From the NCBI GenBank assembly GCA_038087875.1, contig CM075990.1, positions 10,604,001-10,668,000 of the forward strand: a DNA stretch of 64,000 nt. Reading direction: 5' to 3'. Of this stretch, positions 25,871 to 39,600 are shown in pieces. Both the position numbers and the translations under genes were made by a program. Numbering within the stretch: the first letter of the stretch is position 1; every line of letters starts with the position of its first letter. Below the pieces are notes generated by a model. The model searched no databases. It worked only from the letters and a program-made list of their open reading frames with translations, and had not been told where the DNA came from. The stretch is from Malacoraja senta. Lineage: Eukaryota.

Positions 25871-26939
25871 CGAAAGACCTATCTAGGAAATCAGGTACAT
25901 GATGTGGTTTCTTTCAACATTACACATTGAACTTTGCTAGGTAATTTACATTCAACATCATGAGGACGCCAATAAATCCTTTTTTCCTCTCAAGGAAATT
26001 TTGGTGCTTCAAATGTGCCATACCCCAATCTCAAAGTCAAGTCATCTGTTGCTTACATTATTAGGATGCTATGAAACAATGAAAATGAGAAACCATTCAA
26101 TGAAGTAGTTTCAATATTCTGCCAAGTCATAATAAGAGTTGATGATCAGCACAAGATACTCAATATCATTGGACTTTACACAGCTGTAACACTCTTTGAT
26201 GTTGTGAACCAGATATTTATGGTCTTTAGATCAGGAGAATACAATCAATCTAGACATGACATAATTTCCTGAAGTTGGCAATATGAAGCATTAATGTGTC
26301 CTCTGATAAAATATAAAAGTATTTGCAGAGCTCAGAACATAACCAAAATAGGTCAACGGAAATCACATTGGTGGATAAAGATGCATGAGCTTATTCTCCT
26401 TTGAAACTTTTAAAATAAACCAGCATAACAGGGCAAGCAGAAATATGTTTTTTTTTATTGAGTTCAGTCTATTGTCACATGTACCGAGGTACAGTGAAAA
26501 GCTTTAGTTGCGTGCTAACATTTAATGAGGAAATTGAGAGCAACAGAATACTGGAAAATTCATGATAAAAATAAAAAGGAAAACCACTATCCTTCTAATG
26601 CACCTTCCAATAATATTGTCTGGCTCTTTATACCAATGCTATGTTTGAACTGTAATGCCTAAAAGTTCCAGATTGTGGCACAAGAGAGGCTTCCTTTCAA
26701 ATAGGAGAAAGCGTGCAGTGCAATGATTTTTAATTTGTGCTGGATACTCAATTTGCACCAATGGGAGAGACGAGGTTTAAAAGGGTGATTCACCATCACC
26801 TTTCGAAAGGTAATTTGGGACAGAAATTGGTCTTGCCAGCAATGCCAACATTGCTAAAAATTTATTTGATCAATTTGGTATAAATTCAATTCCAAATTCT
26901 GCAAACATATCAAATGAAACCTAATTCCCTGAATCAGGC

Positions 26940-27860
26940 TCCTCCCACCTCCCTCCCCCCTTCCCCTGCCCGTGTCACTGCCATAATCCGCCATGATTTT
27001 CCATCTGTGGCATCTGTGGTTCCCTGAATTCCGCCTCATCCCCCAGCAACCCCTCCTCCTCCACTTCACCCTCCATCTTCCTTCCACTCTCCTCCTCACC
27101 TCCCCACTCCCTCCCCTCTCCCTCCCTCTCCTTTCCCCTACCCTCAGTCACTCCCTCCCTACCCCTCCTCTTTCCCTCTATCTCCCTGCTGCCCACTCAC
27201 ATCCTCCCTATCCCACTCCCCCACTCTCTCTTCTCACCTCCCCATTCCATAAGTTCCCCACTCCCCCCTGCTCTTCCTCTATCCCCTCCTCCACCCCCAC
27301 TCTCCCTCCTCACCTCCCCCACTTTCCCCTTCCTCTCCCCTCCCTACCCCCTCCTCTCCTTCTATCCCCCTGCACACCCACTCCTCACCTCCCCCCCTAT
27401 CCCAACCCCAACAATGATAATCGCGATGTTTTTTAAAAATGACCCCCCCCCATCCGACCCCCCCCCCACACACAATTCTGAATGAAAATCGTGTTTTATC
27501 TTTAAAATAACCTAAACACAATGTTAGCAGTTAATGAAAATGGAAAAATTTGATTTAAACCGTTTTTTTTAAATCGCAATTTTTTATGTAAATGGTTCCC
27601 ATTATGACATCATTGTGACGTCGAACGCAGCTGACAGAGCAAGAGGAAAAGTGGTTTAAAAAGTGTGTTTTGTAAAGTTTTAAATGTCAATAATTTGAAA
27701 AATATAACATCAATCTGAATGAAACTTGCTATGTACATCACAGGACAATGGTGAGTAAGGTGGGCCAAAAATTGTAGTGCGATCGCATACCGTTTTGGCC
27801 TGGTTTCCGGAACTAACGCACACGCAAACAAACAAGATGAGAGTTTTAGTTATATATATA
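26940..27860 (-). mobile_element. Non-autonomous Helitron (3' end not found)
   Basis: 5' arm TATATAACTAAAACTCTCATCTTGTTTG similar to 346-1008; 27481-27560 resembles 61850-61920; CT-rich tract. Confidence 0.7.
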
Positions 27861-27879
27861 CTGGTTATATATATTTAGT

Positions 27880-27923
<44 letters not shown>

Positions 27924-27924
27924 T

Positions 27925-27960
<36 letters not shown>

Positions 27961-28107
27961 ATATATATATATGTGTGTATATATGTGTGTTTGTGTGTGC
28001 GCGTAGATATATATACACACACACATATATATACACACACATACACACATATATATATACACATATATATACACATATATATATATATACACACATATAT
28101 ATACACA

Positions 28108-28151
<44 letters not shown>

Positions 28152-28163
28152 CACACACACACA
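27861..28163. repeat. Compound (TA)n/(CA)n/(TG)n microsatellite
   Basis: Direct reading. Confidence 0.95.
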
Positions 28164-28760
28164 CTAAACCAGGTGCGGACCCATTGGGGTCGTCCCCAAG
28201 GCAATATTCCACCAATGAACCCAACTGCGTAGGCGCGGCAAATGGCTTCCCGTTGTGACGCCAGAGAACCCCGTTGTGACGCAAATCACGGCAACCCTCC
28301 CCAACTATGCAGGCGCGGCCGACAAGTGGGAGCGCGACTGCGATATTTTTAAAGTTCAAAATGGGAATAACCTGTAAAATATAAGATCAATGTGAATGCA
28401 TCTCACTCTCCCTCATCAGTCCCCTATTCCCGTCCTCCATTATCCTCCCTCTCCCCACCGTCCACCAAACCTCCTCTGCTTCCTCTCCTCACCCCCTCGC
28501 TCCCCTCCTCCCTCCTCCCTATTCCCCCTCCCCTCCTCTATTACCTCACCATCCCTCTTCCTACCCCTAACCTCCTCCATTCCCCCTCATCCCCCAATGC
28601 TCCCTCCCCTCACACTACCTCTTTCTCATCTCCTCCCTCCCCCACTACCTCCCTCACCTCTCCCTCCCTCTCCTTTCCCCTACCCTCAGTAGTATCCCTC
28701 CCTCCCTCCATAACCCCTCTCCCCTCCCTACCCCCTCCTCTCCCTAAAAAATATTTTTAA
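28164..28760 (-). mobile_element. Non-autonomous Helitron, 3' part
   Basis: Minus strand ends CCCCAATGGGTCCGCACCTGGTTTAG; shares the GCGTCACAACGGG block with 171-345. Confidence 0.7.
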
Positions 28761-29278
28761 ACGAAAGTTTCCAAATTTTATCTCCTAGATTAGCCAAATA
28801 TTTCTGTCAAAAACTGCAGTTAACAGAAAACCATATAATTTTCTCCTTCTCTCCTCTTAAATCACTTTATCTTTTGGTCAATGTGTGGCATGGCATTATC
28901 CTGTTCATGTGTCGTTTATTTCTTAACCCAGTAAATAACTACACCTAATCAATTGGGGCTAGAAGAACAAAAGAAACATATTATTTAAAAAGAAAATACA
29001 CAATTTTAACTTGATAAATGCGTTCAAGATTGGAAAAGAAAAACCCTTCCGATTATCCTATAACCCCTGTCTCACGGTGCGAACTGACCCACGAGGTACC
29101 CCGAGCTTAAAACAAATTTAACTCGTGGTAATCACTTACGATTAACGTAGTGGGAACGTCGGAACTCGTGGACGCAACTTAGCGACTCGTGGCGCTAACG
29201 GCAGGTACCCATGAAACTTGTTAACTCTTGAAAAAGTTCAAACATGTTTAAAGTTTTCCACGAGCAAAATGTACTCTT

Positions 29279-30078
29279 TTTTTTTTTAATTTTTATTTAT
29301 TAGAAGTACATTACATTACAACCACATACATTAGTACTCGTCACTTATATCTTCTTACAATTAATGTACTCCATTTGTTTTTTACACTAGTAAAAGGAAA
29401 AGATTGAAAGAAAGAAGAAAGTGAAGGAAAAAGTGAGAGTGTAGAAAATGTGACAACAAAAAAGGACGAAGACCCTATAAGAACAAAATTAAAAACAAAA
29501 GAAAAAGAGTTAAGAAATAGACCCTAGAAAAGAAGAAGAGAAAGAGGAAAGAGAAACAAATATTTTTATGAGCATTACGCAAATGGGACATACCAACTCT
29601 TCAACTATCATCCCCCCTTACCTAACCTCAATTTTTTTTTTTAAGGTACCTTTGCACCCTATATTTGTAATAATTCTATAAATGCAGACCACGTCAGGTG
29701 GAAGTGATCTGGTTTACCTGCTAGGAGGAGTCTTATCTCTTCTAGGTGTAATGTTTTGAATATATTTGAAATCCACATGTTTATAGTTGGTATTGGAGCC
29801 TTCTTCCAAAATTTTAGAATTAGCTTTTTTCCAGTTATTAACCCATAGTCTATTAGTTTCTTTTGAAACACATTTAGTTCTGGACCATCTTCCGTTATTC
29901 CGAAGATAATCCATTCTGCTTTGGGTATCAGTCTTATTTTAAATAATTTTGTAAAGATTTCGAAAATTTCATTCCAAAATGTTTGAATTTTTGTACAGAA
30001 AACGAATGAGTGCGCTATAGTAGCTTCTTGGGATTGACATTTATCACAAATAGATGATACATTTGGGAACATTTTATC
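29279..30078 (-). mobile_element. 5'-truncated L1 inserted in the Harbinger left arm
   Basis: ORF 29659-30072(-) (CDKCQ..H..C, KKLILKFWK) homologous to the L1 ORF2 C-terminus at 40050-40491; poly-T at 29277-29287; TSD approximately AAATKTACTCTT. Confidence 0.9.
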
Positions 30079-33000
30079 AAATTTACTCTTGAGGTTAAAA
30101 ATTGAAACATTTAAACTCGTTGTAAGAACTTGGTGGCCCTTGAGTTAAACTTAGTGACTCTTGAGTCTACCGTGTTGGATTAACGTTTCGAGTGCGATCT
30201 TTCATCAGAGCCCCGTTTAATTAATAAATCCAGCCACGGTATTTTGACATCAGTTACAATTTCTTCCGGAATATGATCTATTTTGCTTTAATTCATAAAA
30301 TGTCAAATATAATTATAATCTCACCCACTTTCCTCATTCTTTGCCGCGAATATAGATCAATTAAAAAAAAGTCTCAAACCTTTGTACGTATGGAGTAAAT
30401 TGATAATGATCTCCTTGCAAAGCTTTCTCACAGTTGCACTAATCTAATGTGGTAAATAATGATAAGATTACCGCTGAAATGTTGTTAAAGGCAGCAAGTT
30501 TCAACTTTGATTTATGTCGAGTCTCAAAGTTTGAAAGGAATTGTGAGACTAGTCAAGCATAAAGCAGTCCAAAGAGAAGGCAAGCCGAAAACCAACCAAG
30601 AAAGTTTCTCATAAACCATGAATTTAAAATCTTCAGATTAGCAATGATTCCTCGAGACAGCTGCAGTTTTAAGAGGCTATATATTTCATTTTCCATGGTT
30701 ATTTTCATGTATTCCAACATCGTTTTCTCGTCGGATCAACAACTTTGTTGATAGTTGCTTCTTGTAACTCAGATAAATATTTCATGAACAAGTTCTCTTG
30801 TGATTTAAGACGTCTTAATGCTCTCTAAATTGGACGACACCGTCAAAATCTTTTGTCCCCTGCAGCATTAGTTGGTTGAAAGGAATCAACATTTCAGTGA
30901 TTATATTGTGAACGTTTCATTTCCATTCCTTATGCTAATTACGAGAACCCCTTCCCTTGTCACTGCACAAGTAAAGGGTCAGCTGCCCTCGCCAGAACTA
31001 ATAAACAGTTATTTTGCAAGTTTAAGGGATTTAATAGTTAGTATCAGAACACAGTCTTTTACTATATGTCTCAAAATGAGAAATAAAATCTTATAGGATA
31101 TATTATTTTACAAAGACCAGGTCTCCCACCATTGACTCCATTTACACTCCACGCTGCCTCAAAACATATTAAATCAAAGACTTGTCCCATCCCGGTCATT
31201 TCTTCTTCTCCTTGCTCCCGTCCGGCGGGCGGTACAGAAGTTTGATAGCGCGCACTCCCAGCCTCGGGAACAGCTTCTTCCCCTCTATTATCAGGTTTCT
31301 TTAAGGTCTTTCAATAACCGAAGGTACTGTCCGATTCACCTCTGCCTCATTACGGACATTTGGACTCTCTGTGCAACTGGTGCGGTGCAATGCTGAGAAC
31401 TGTATTCTGCACTCTGTATACTGCACTTCGATTCGTACTTGAGTTTGACTTCATTATAATTAAGTATAATATTATTTGATCTCATAGAGTCAGTCATACA
31501 ACACGGAAACAGCTTATTTGGTCCAATTTCTCCATGCCGAACATGGCGCCCCACATGCCAGCGTATGGCCCATATACTTCCAAACCGATGCTATCCATCT
31601 GATAAGATAGTATGCAAAACAAAGCTTTTCACTCGGTACACGTGACAATGATGAAATAATAAACACATTTTTCTATAATTTATTTTGAATCGTTGCTGTA
31701 TTTTATTGCTAACCTAAATTTAGCAAGCAAGTTTAAGCCATTCCCTGGCAATATAACTACATTTCACTTGCTATTTTAATTATTTCCGAACAAAATTCCA
31801 CAGCAAGAGTGACATTTGTAAAATATATAACGTATACACTCTTTTTTTTGATAAATATATGTAGAGTAGTAATATATTTTTGCCAGCAGATGTTAAAAAG
31901 TGACATAATCCTGCATATTTCCTTTAGTTTTTTTTTTACCAATAGTTTAATACATTAGACCACAGTTATAAAAATAAATAGTTAAAGACTATAAACTGTA
32001 GCCAAAGGAACAATATTTTGAGAGTTTGCTATATTTGTAGAATCGAGCATTGCAATGTACTTTCTCGTGAATTAACGGGGTGCTTTCTATTTTGATTGAA
32101 AAGCAAGAATCCAGTCACTGATTATAGGGAGCAGGTAATATTAAACTGCGCACCCCCTGTTTCTGCAACGGATATTGGCAAAGGTTCTGCTTCACCTGGA
32201 AAACTCGTTATCAATTCATAGGATATCATATGAAGGAGAAACTAGATTTGAGACACCAAATCAGCCGTGATCTACCTGTACGGCGGAGAAGACTCAAGGA
32301 TTGCTTACTCCAGCTTAAATTTATTACGTCCTTATTAACGGCCAGTATTTGAAAGGTTATCCTTTAAATGAAATAGTTATTGCCATTCCTAAAGGCTTTT
32401 GCGAAAACTTAAACCGTGGTTTATTATTAAGATACTTGAGAATGTTGTTTCATTAACAAATGCTCCTGCAGTTACTGAGATCAATTTAAAAACACAACAG
32501 TGCCTTCAGTGGATTTATTTCTCAAAAAAAAACTTTATTCATAAAAAGATGTACAGGATATGCAATACACCAAGCCATGTGTAATTTCAAAATAATCTTT
32601 CTCCTGAATAAAAATATGTATAAAACAAAAACCGTGCGAAATCTTTTCATAGATTCTCAGTGGTTAATGCCTTCGGTATTTTTCTAAAATAAACTTTACT
32701 CAGAATAAGAAATGTGCACAAAACAAAAGCAGTGCAATGCATTATCAGTGTCTATACATTCAATAGTGTCAGGACTGTTTCCATCTATATTTAAACAAAA
32801 CTCTTTTGTCGCTATGTGCCCCTTGGGGTGATATCCTACCCTTGTCTGACGGGTGTCCCCATTTCAATATCCTGCAGCGGAAGGGCCATAGACTGTGGTC
32901 CAAATGAACTGCACGTAAATGCAATGCAGATACAAATATTCTGCGTCTGTGTCTGCCATTTCCGTCTTTATGGCTTTCATGTCACGATTGCCAGTTCAAT

Positions 33001-33267
33001 GAGTAATTTGGCTTAATTCAGATTTTATATGCGGATGCGAATAGTTTAATTATAAAGTTTAAATTCTATTAAATATGTTACAGGGAAAAACGTCCAGCAA
33101 TGAAAAGACATCCCTGTATTTAAATAGCGCCCATCACAAACTCAGGAGGTTCCAACGTCTATTACAGTAAAGGAAGTACAGTGAACGTACTTGGATACAA
33201 ATAATGTTGAGCATGAATATTGTTTTGTTTAAAAACGGTGGTAACAAGGCTTGTAAATATGCAAAGG

Positions 33268-33358
33268 CAGACAAAAAATGCTGGAGAAACTCAGCGGGTG
33301 AGGCAGCACCCACGGAGAGAAGAGATATGCGACGTTTCGGGTCGAAACCCTTCTTCAG
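33268..33358 (-). mobile_element. Short repeat with intact minimal hammerhead-like core
   Basis: Minus strand 33358-33331: CTGAAGA-A-GGGT-TTCG-ACCC-GAAA-C-GTC. Confidence 0.65.
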
Positions 33359-34578
33359 TAACACTGTTGCTTATTGAAACAGACTTCATTCACGTTTGGC
33401 TCAAGAGTACCTCGGGAGAGGAACTTGATAACTCGGGAGACGAACTTGGAACATCGCAGAAATGACAAGTTAACGGCAAACATAGTCATACCATGGGAAC
33501 TCGGTTAAAACCTTGATCATACACTTGGAATCTCGTACACAACCACGAGTCTTTCACTCGGGGTACCTCGTGGGTCAACTCGCACCATGAGACAGGGCTT
33601 TATGGCAGAAGAAAACAAAAGATACACCAACATGTGCAGAAAAATGGATTTGTACACTTGTACCTTGCTGCATACAAGATCTGTAGAAAGGGTGTGATCA
33701 ATGATTTTTTAAAGAAAATTGGAGATATAAACTTACCGGGCTATACAGGTAGACCAAAGGAATGGCGCTGAACTTCTCAACAGACTGTGAAATGGACTCA
33801 AAAGGCAGAATAATATTCATACTGTACCATAATTACTCTAAATTTTCCTGCAATGAAATATCACAGCAATTTAAAAAAAAAAATTATCTAAGGAATACCT
33901 GAAGCCTTTTACTTTAACTTTAATAGTGAATCACTTTCACCCATTGTCATCTGTAATTAATACTCAAGTATTAAGGGCCTGTTCCACGGGCGGGCGATTT
34001 CATGCGGCAAGCGCGACCTCCCCGGAAGCGGTTGCCGCGCGGGGGCCGAGTGATCACCGTACGGCCTGTCCCACGGGCATGCGCTTCCATGCGGCGAGCG
34101 CGACCTTACTGGAAGCGGGTGCCACGCGGAGGCCGAGTGATCACCGTATGGCCTGTCCCACGGGCATGCGCTTCCATGCGGCGAGCGCGACCTTACCGGA
34201 AGCGGGGGGTGAGCGGACGTCCAGTTCGAGCAAAGTCCGTTGGAAGCTCGAGCGGTTTTTATGTAGGTGAACACGGGTAGGTGATGTTTCGGGTTTTATG
34301 TAGGTGAACACGGGTAGGCGATGTTCGGATCGAGACCCTTCCTTAGACCATAGAAGACTGCAGAAGGGTTCAGTCCGAAGAAGGTGTCTCGACCCGAAAT
34401 GTCACCTATTCCTTTTCTCCAGACTTCCGGTGGCGCTATGGAGGCTTGAGCCCAGCGTCAACTAGCTCCGCGCTGAAAAATCCGAAAACGGGAGAAAAAT
34501 CGGGACCTACCTGAGGCGATTGCGAATTGAACGGCTGCCTGCTGCGAGTGACGTCATCAGGCGCGCGACTTTGCCGGT

Positions 34579-35641
34579 ATGTCGATACAACATACCCCCC
34601 CCCGGGTGACAAAAAAGCGGTAAAGCGAGACAACCGACGGAAGAGGTAGGCCCAACCGAGGCCTCGGCCTCAGGTACAACGATGCTCCAGGAAGACCCAT
34701 CGAAGAAACCAAAACAAAAAAAATCTGAAATGGAAGAACTTAAAAACTTTATTTCCAATGAGATAAAAAATATTCAAACACAGCTGAAAACCTTTGAAGG
34801 AAAGCTGAATTTTAAAGAGGAACTTAAAGAGGAACTTAACTCTTTTAAGGTAGATTTTAAAGCAGAAATGCTCTCTACCGTTCAGGATATATTGGAAATC
34901 TGGAGAGGTCGAGGGACGACGAGGTCAAGATCAGATGGAAGAGGTGGAAGGCAGGATCGCTTTGGTGGAATCGAGCCTTAAGGGAGAGATTGACCTATCC
35001 TTCAGACACTGAAGCAACATATTATAGCGATAACTGAACTTGAGAAATGTGTGGCGACAAGTGCGGAAACGGTAAATCGACTCCTTACCGAAAATCAACG
35101 CCTCTCCGAAATGGTGGCTAAATTAAGTGGAAAGTGTATCGACCTGGAGGGGCGTCAAAGACGCCAGAACCTAAGAATTGTAGGGGTGAAAGAAGGAAGT
35201 GAGAGGGCTATGGGCACTCGGGATTTTGTGGCAGATCTACTACAAAAATCCTTAAAGTTGGATCAAAAACCTGTACTTGGTCGAGCACATAGAGCGCAGG
35301 GGCGTCGTACACGAGATGATGCCTACCCAAGACAAATTATAGTAAAGGTGCAACTTGATCATGAATTTGACGAGATAATGAAGAAAATTGTCCGTACCAG
35401 AGACCTCTCTTTTGAAGGAGTGAGGATCAGTATCTACAGAGACTACCCGGCGGAGGTCTTCAAGAAAAGAGCGCTGTTTACTGAAACAAAAAGAATACTG
35501 AAGAATATATCGAATTTGAGATACGGCTTGCTTTATCCCGCAACATTAAGCGTCACCTACATGAGCAAGGAACAATTTTTTACAGACCATGAAAAAGCAC
35601 TGGAATTTGCCAAAGGTATCGGGAATGTGACCACAGACTGA
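34579..35641 (+). pseudogene. L1 ORF1p (coiled coil plus Transposase_22-type RRM/CTD), frameshifted
   Basis: DLEGRQRRQNLRIVGVKEG, RAHRA, PRQIIVK, ISIYRDYP, GLLYPATL. Confidence 0.9.
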
Positions 35642-36692
35642 AGAATATACATTACTCCTCAGGAGTCAAGGAATAACGGGACCTCGCCAGGTCTAAAAGG
35701 ATCTTTAAAGTACTTTTAAGAGCTTTAAAGACGTTTGAAAATTGAAATGGACATTGGAGAAAACTTGGGTTTTTTTGATTCTCGGGTTTTTTATTTTTTA
35801 TTTTTTAATTTCTCCTAATATCTCTACATTTTTTTTTTAATTATTCATTCTTCGCGTTTAGTATAAATTCTAAGAACAATAATATCACAATTATCAAGTG
35901 TTACTAATCACTATTATTATTTAGTATTTTCATATTTAACCATACATGTAACTACTAATACTTATTAAATATCATTATTACTATTAAAATTACTAAATCT
36001 ATATTATTCATAAATATTTTTACCATGTATGAATAATAACAATGATTAATAACTAATAGTTTCTGGTTAACGTAGAAATAGATTACATACATATATTCCA
36101 TAGGAATATAAGTAAGAGGTAATTTAGCCCATGTATTAATAAGGGTTGATGGTTTTCCTCTTTATCTTTCAATTAAAAATTAAAAATACATACTTAAAGA
36201 AGATATTAATATGGTATTTAGAGAATAATAACGTTGTTAACTTTTACTGTTGTTTACCTTTTTTGGGTCTTTGAAAAGAAAACAAAAATTTTGCAACTCC
36301 AAAGAAGTTATTTGATTGTTAGAAATATCATCCTTTTTAAAAAAATTTTTTTTAGCACGGAGCTAGGATTTTTTTTTCTTTTACAAAGGCTACGGAAGTC
36401 TTTAGAATTCTAGCCATGCTAGTGTGGCTAACACTAACTACACTAATAGTAGTTGTAGTTTTTTTTCTTTCACCCTATACTAATCATCTATATCACTTTT
36501 TTCACTTTAATTATTGTTATAATTTTAAGTTTGAATGGAATTACAAGGTTAATTCAAGGAGATGTGTTCGGAAGAGCGATGTATATTATTTAAAATTCAT
36601 CTATTTGAGGTTCGGGAGCAGGGTCAGGTTTTATGTGTTGTACCTTCTGCTCGGCTATAGACCACCCTAGAAACAATATGTAAGATGGTAAT

Positions 36693-39600
36693 ATGACAAG
36701 AGGGGGTGAGGGAATAACATTTTGTAGTTGGAATGTTAAGGGAATCAATGAACCAATTAAGAGAGGTAAAGTTTTGGCACATTTAAATTCAATCAAAACA
36801 GATATAATATTCCTTCAAGAAACACACCTTAAAAAGGAATCTCAACATAGACTTAAAGCTAAGTGGATTGCTGAATCGTATCATGCCTCTTTTTCACACA
36901 AGTCCAGAGGAGTTGCAATATTAATTCGTAAAGGAATACCTTTTACACATTCATCAACAATAGCGGATATAGATGGTAGATATATTATATTAGTTGGAGA
37001 GTTAAATGGGATAAAAGTGATTCTTCTTAATGTATATGGACCTAATTTTGATAATCCTATGTTTTTTAATAAAACATTTAATATAATTCCTGAATTTACA
37101 CAATATAAATTAATAATTGGAGGAGATTTCAATTGTACATTAGACTCTTATTTAGATAGATCATCAAGGCAAAAAAAAGTAAAATCTCAATCAAGTGTAT
37201 TTTTAAATTCATTTATTAATACCACTAATATTAAGGATGTCTGGAGAATTGAAAACCCAACTGGACGGGAATACTCATTTTACTCACCGGTACATAAAAC
37301 ATACTCAAGAATAGATTATTTTTTAGTCGACTCCACGGTTATCCCATTTACTTATAACTCAAAATACCATAATATTATAATCTCAGACCATGCACCGGTA
37401 ACATTTATGATTAAATTAAATGGAATGTCCAAGAAACAAACATATTGGAGATTTAACCCACAAATATTGAATGAAAGATCATGTCAGGAATATCTTATTA
37501 AACAGATGCAAACATTCTTTGAGGCAAACGACAACCCTGACACATCAGCCTCTCTTATTTGGGAAACATTTAAAGCGTTTGTCCGAGGCGCATTAATTTC
37601 TGCCCAAGTATTTTATAACAAAGAGAGCCGGATTAAACAACAAACACTGGAAAGGGAAATAAAGCAACTAGATATAGAAAATGCGAGAATGCCAACTACG
37701 TTAAAACATAACAAAATTGCTGTACTGAAATATAAACTAAACAAAATGTATTCAGAACAAGTAATAAAACTTTATCAACATACTAAACAATTACATTTTG
37801 AGTTTGGAGACAAACCACAAAAACTATTAGCACGTCAGCTACGAAAAATGGAGGGGGAGAAAATAATTCATAAAATTAGAGCAGATACAGGAGAATTATT
37901 AAAATTGCCCAAGGATATAAACGAGAGATTTCTCCAATACTATCATAATCTTTACTCAACTAAAACTGTAGTACAACCAGAAGGAATAGCAGATTTTTAC
38001 AAAAATGTAATTTAAAAGGTTTAGATTCAAAAGATAGAGAATTATTAGAAGCGGAGATTACGATAAAAGATATTGAAGAGTCTATTGGATCTTTAAAAAA
38101 TGGTAAAGCAGTAGGACCAGATGGTTTAGGCTCGGAATTCTATAAAAAAATTTATGATTTGCTTTCTCCACGTTTACAAAAGCTGTATGAACATATTTAT
38201 ACTCAACAGAAACTTCCAGATACCTTAAATGAATCTATAATAACACTTATTCCTAAAGCTGATAAGGATCCGGAAGACCCAGGATCATATAGAGCAATTG
38301 CACTTTTAAATACAGATCAGAAAATACTAACAAAAATTTTAGCGCACAGATTAAGTACAGTGATGAATAAACTAATACACCCTGACCAAACAGGTTTTAT
38401 TCAGAAGCGGTATTCATATTACAATCTAAGAAGATTATTTAATATTATATATTCTAAGAGAAATATTAATGAAGATTTAGCAATAATCTCACTTGACGCT
38501 GAAAAAGCTTTTGATCAGGTGGAATGGCCCTATTTATTTTCGGTGATGGAAAAATTGCAGCTGGGCGAGAAATTTTGTGCATGGATAAAACTGTTATATA
38601 CAAACCCTACGGCTAGAATATTAACAAACCAAAGGTTATCATCTAAATTTAACCTATCTAGAGGGTGTAGACAAGGATGCCCGTTGTCTCCATTATTATT
38701 TGCGCTTGTTATAGAGCCACTCGCAGAAAGAGTCAGGACCCATCCGGAAATATATGGGTATAACACAAAGGATACAGTGAATAAAATTTCTTTATACGCA
38801 GATGATGTATTAATTTACATTACAAAACCAGAAATTAGTATTCCAAATTTATTAAAGCTGATAACCCAATTTGGTTCACTCTCAGGATACAGAATAAATT
38901 GGAATAAAAGTGAAATTATGCCAATAAGGGAACATAATAAACATATAATACAACAATTTCCATTTAAAATAGTAAATGAAAAATTTAAATACCTAGGCAT
39001 TTATGTTACTAAGATATATACATCATTATTTAAAGCAAACTTTCCCCCATTACTGAATAAACTACATAAGAATATTCAGTATTGGAAAACACTTCCTATT
39101 TCAATGGTTGGCAAAATTAATGCCATAAAAATGATTTTCTTACCGCAAATATTATACCTTTTTCAAACAATTCCGATATATCTGTCAAAAAACGTTTTTA
39201 AAAAGTTAGATTCCATTGTCAGTGACTTTATCTGGGATTATAAGAATCATAGGATAAGCAAAAAACATCTGTGCAAATCAAAAATAAATGGAGGTTTGGT
39301 TTTACCAAACTTTTTGTTTTATTTTTGGGCAGTTAACATTAAAAATATGAATTTTTGGTTGGAAGAAATAGATCAACAACCAGATTGGTTAAAAATGGAA
39401 AAGGAAGATTGCTCACCTTTTGAAATCGGCTCGATACTATTTGCTACTTCTAAATTAAATTAAAAAAATTATAGGGAAAATCCGATAATATATAGTACTA
39501 TGCGAATTTGGAAACAATTAAAAAAGACATTACAACTAGATAATTTATCACTTTTTCTTCCAATTGCGAATAACCCTTTGTTTAAGCCCTCATGGTTGGA

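Larger units (their letters stand above)
29062..33600. mobile_element. PIF/Harbinger-type non-autonomous element with ~3.2 kb of internal non-coding cargo
   Basis: ~44-bp TIRs AACCCCTGTCTCACGGTGCGAACTGACCCACGAGGTACCCCGAG / CTCGGGGTACCTCGTGGGTCAACTCGCACCATGAGACAGGGCTT; TAT on both flanks; left arm homologous to MITE 14145-14474. Confidence 0.75.

Noticed and set aside
27865..28359. Multiple YI/HT-repeat ORFs (also 53091-53499)
   Set aside because: Microsatellite translations
30650..30880. Possible captured exon in the Harbinger cargo (minus-strand RALRRLKSQENLFMKYLSELQEATINKVVDP)
   Set aside because: Short, bounded by stops and not recognised; cannot be supported without a database search
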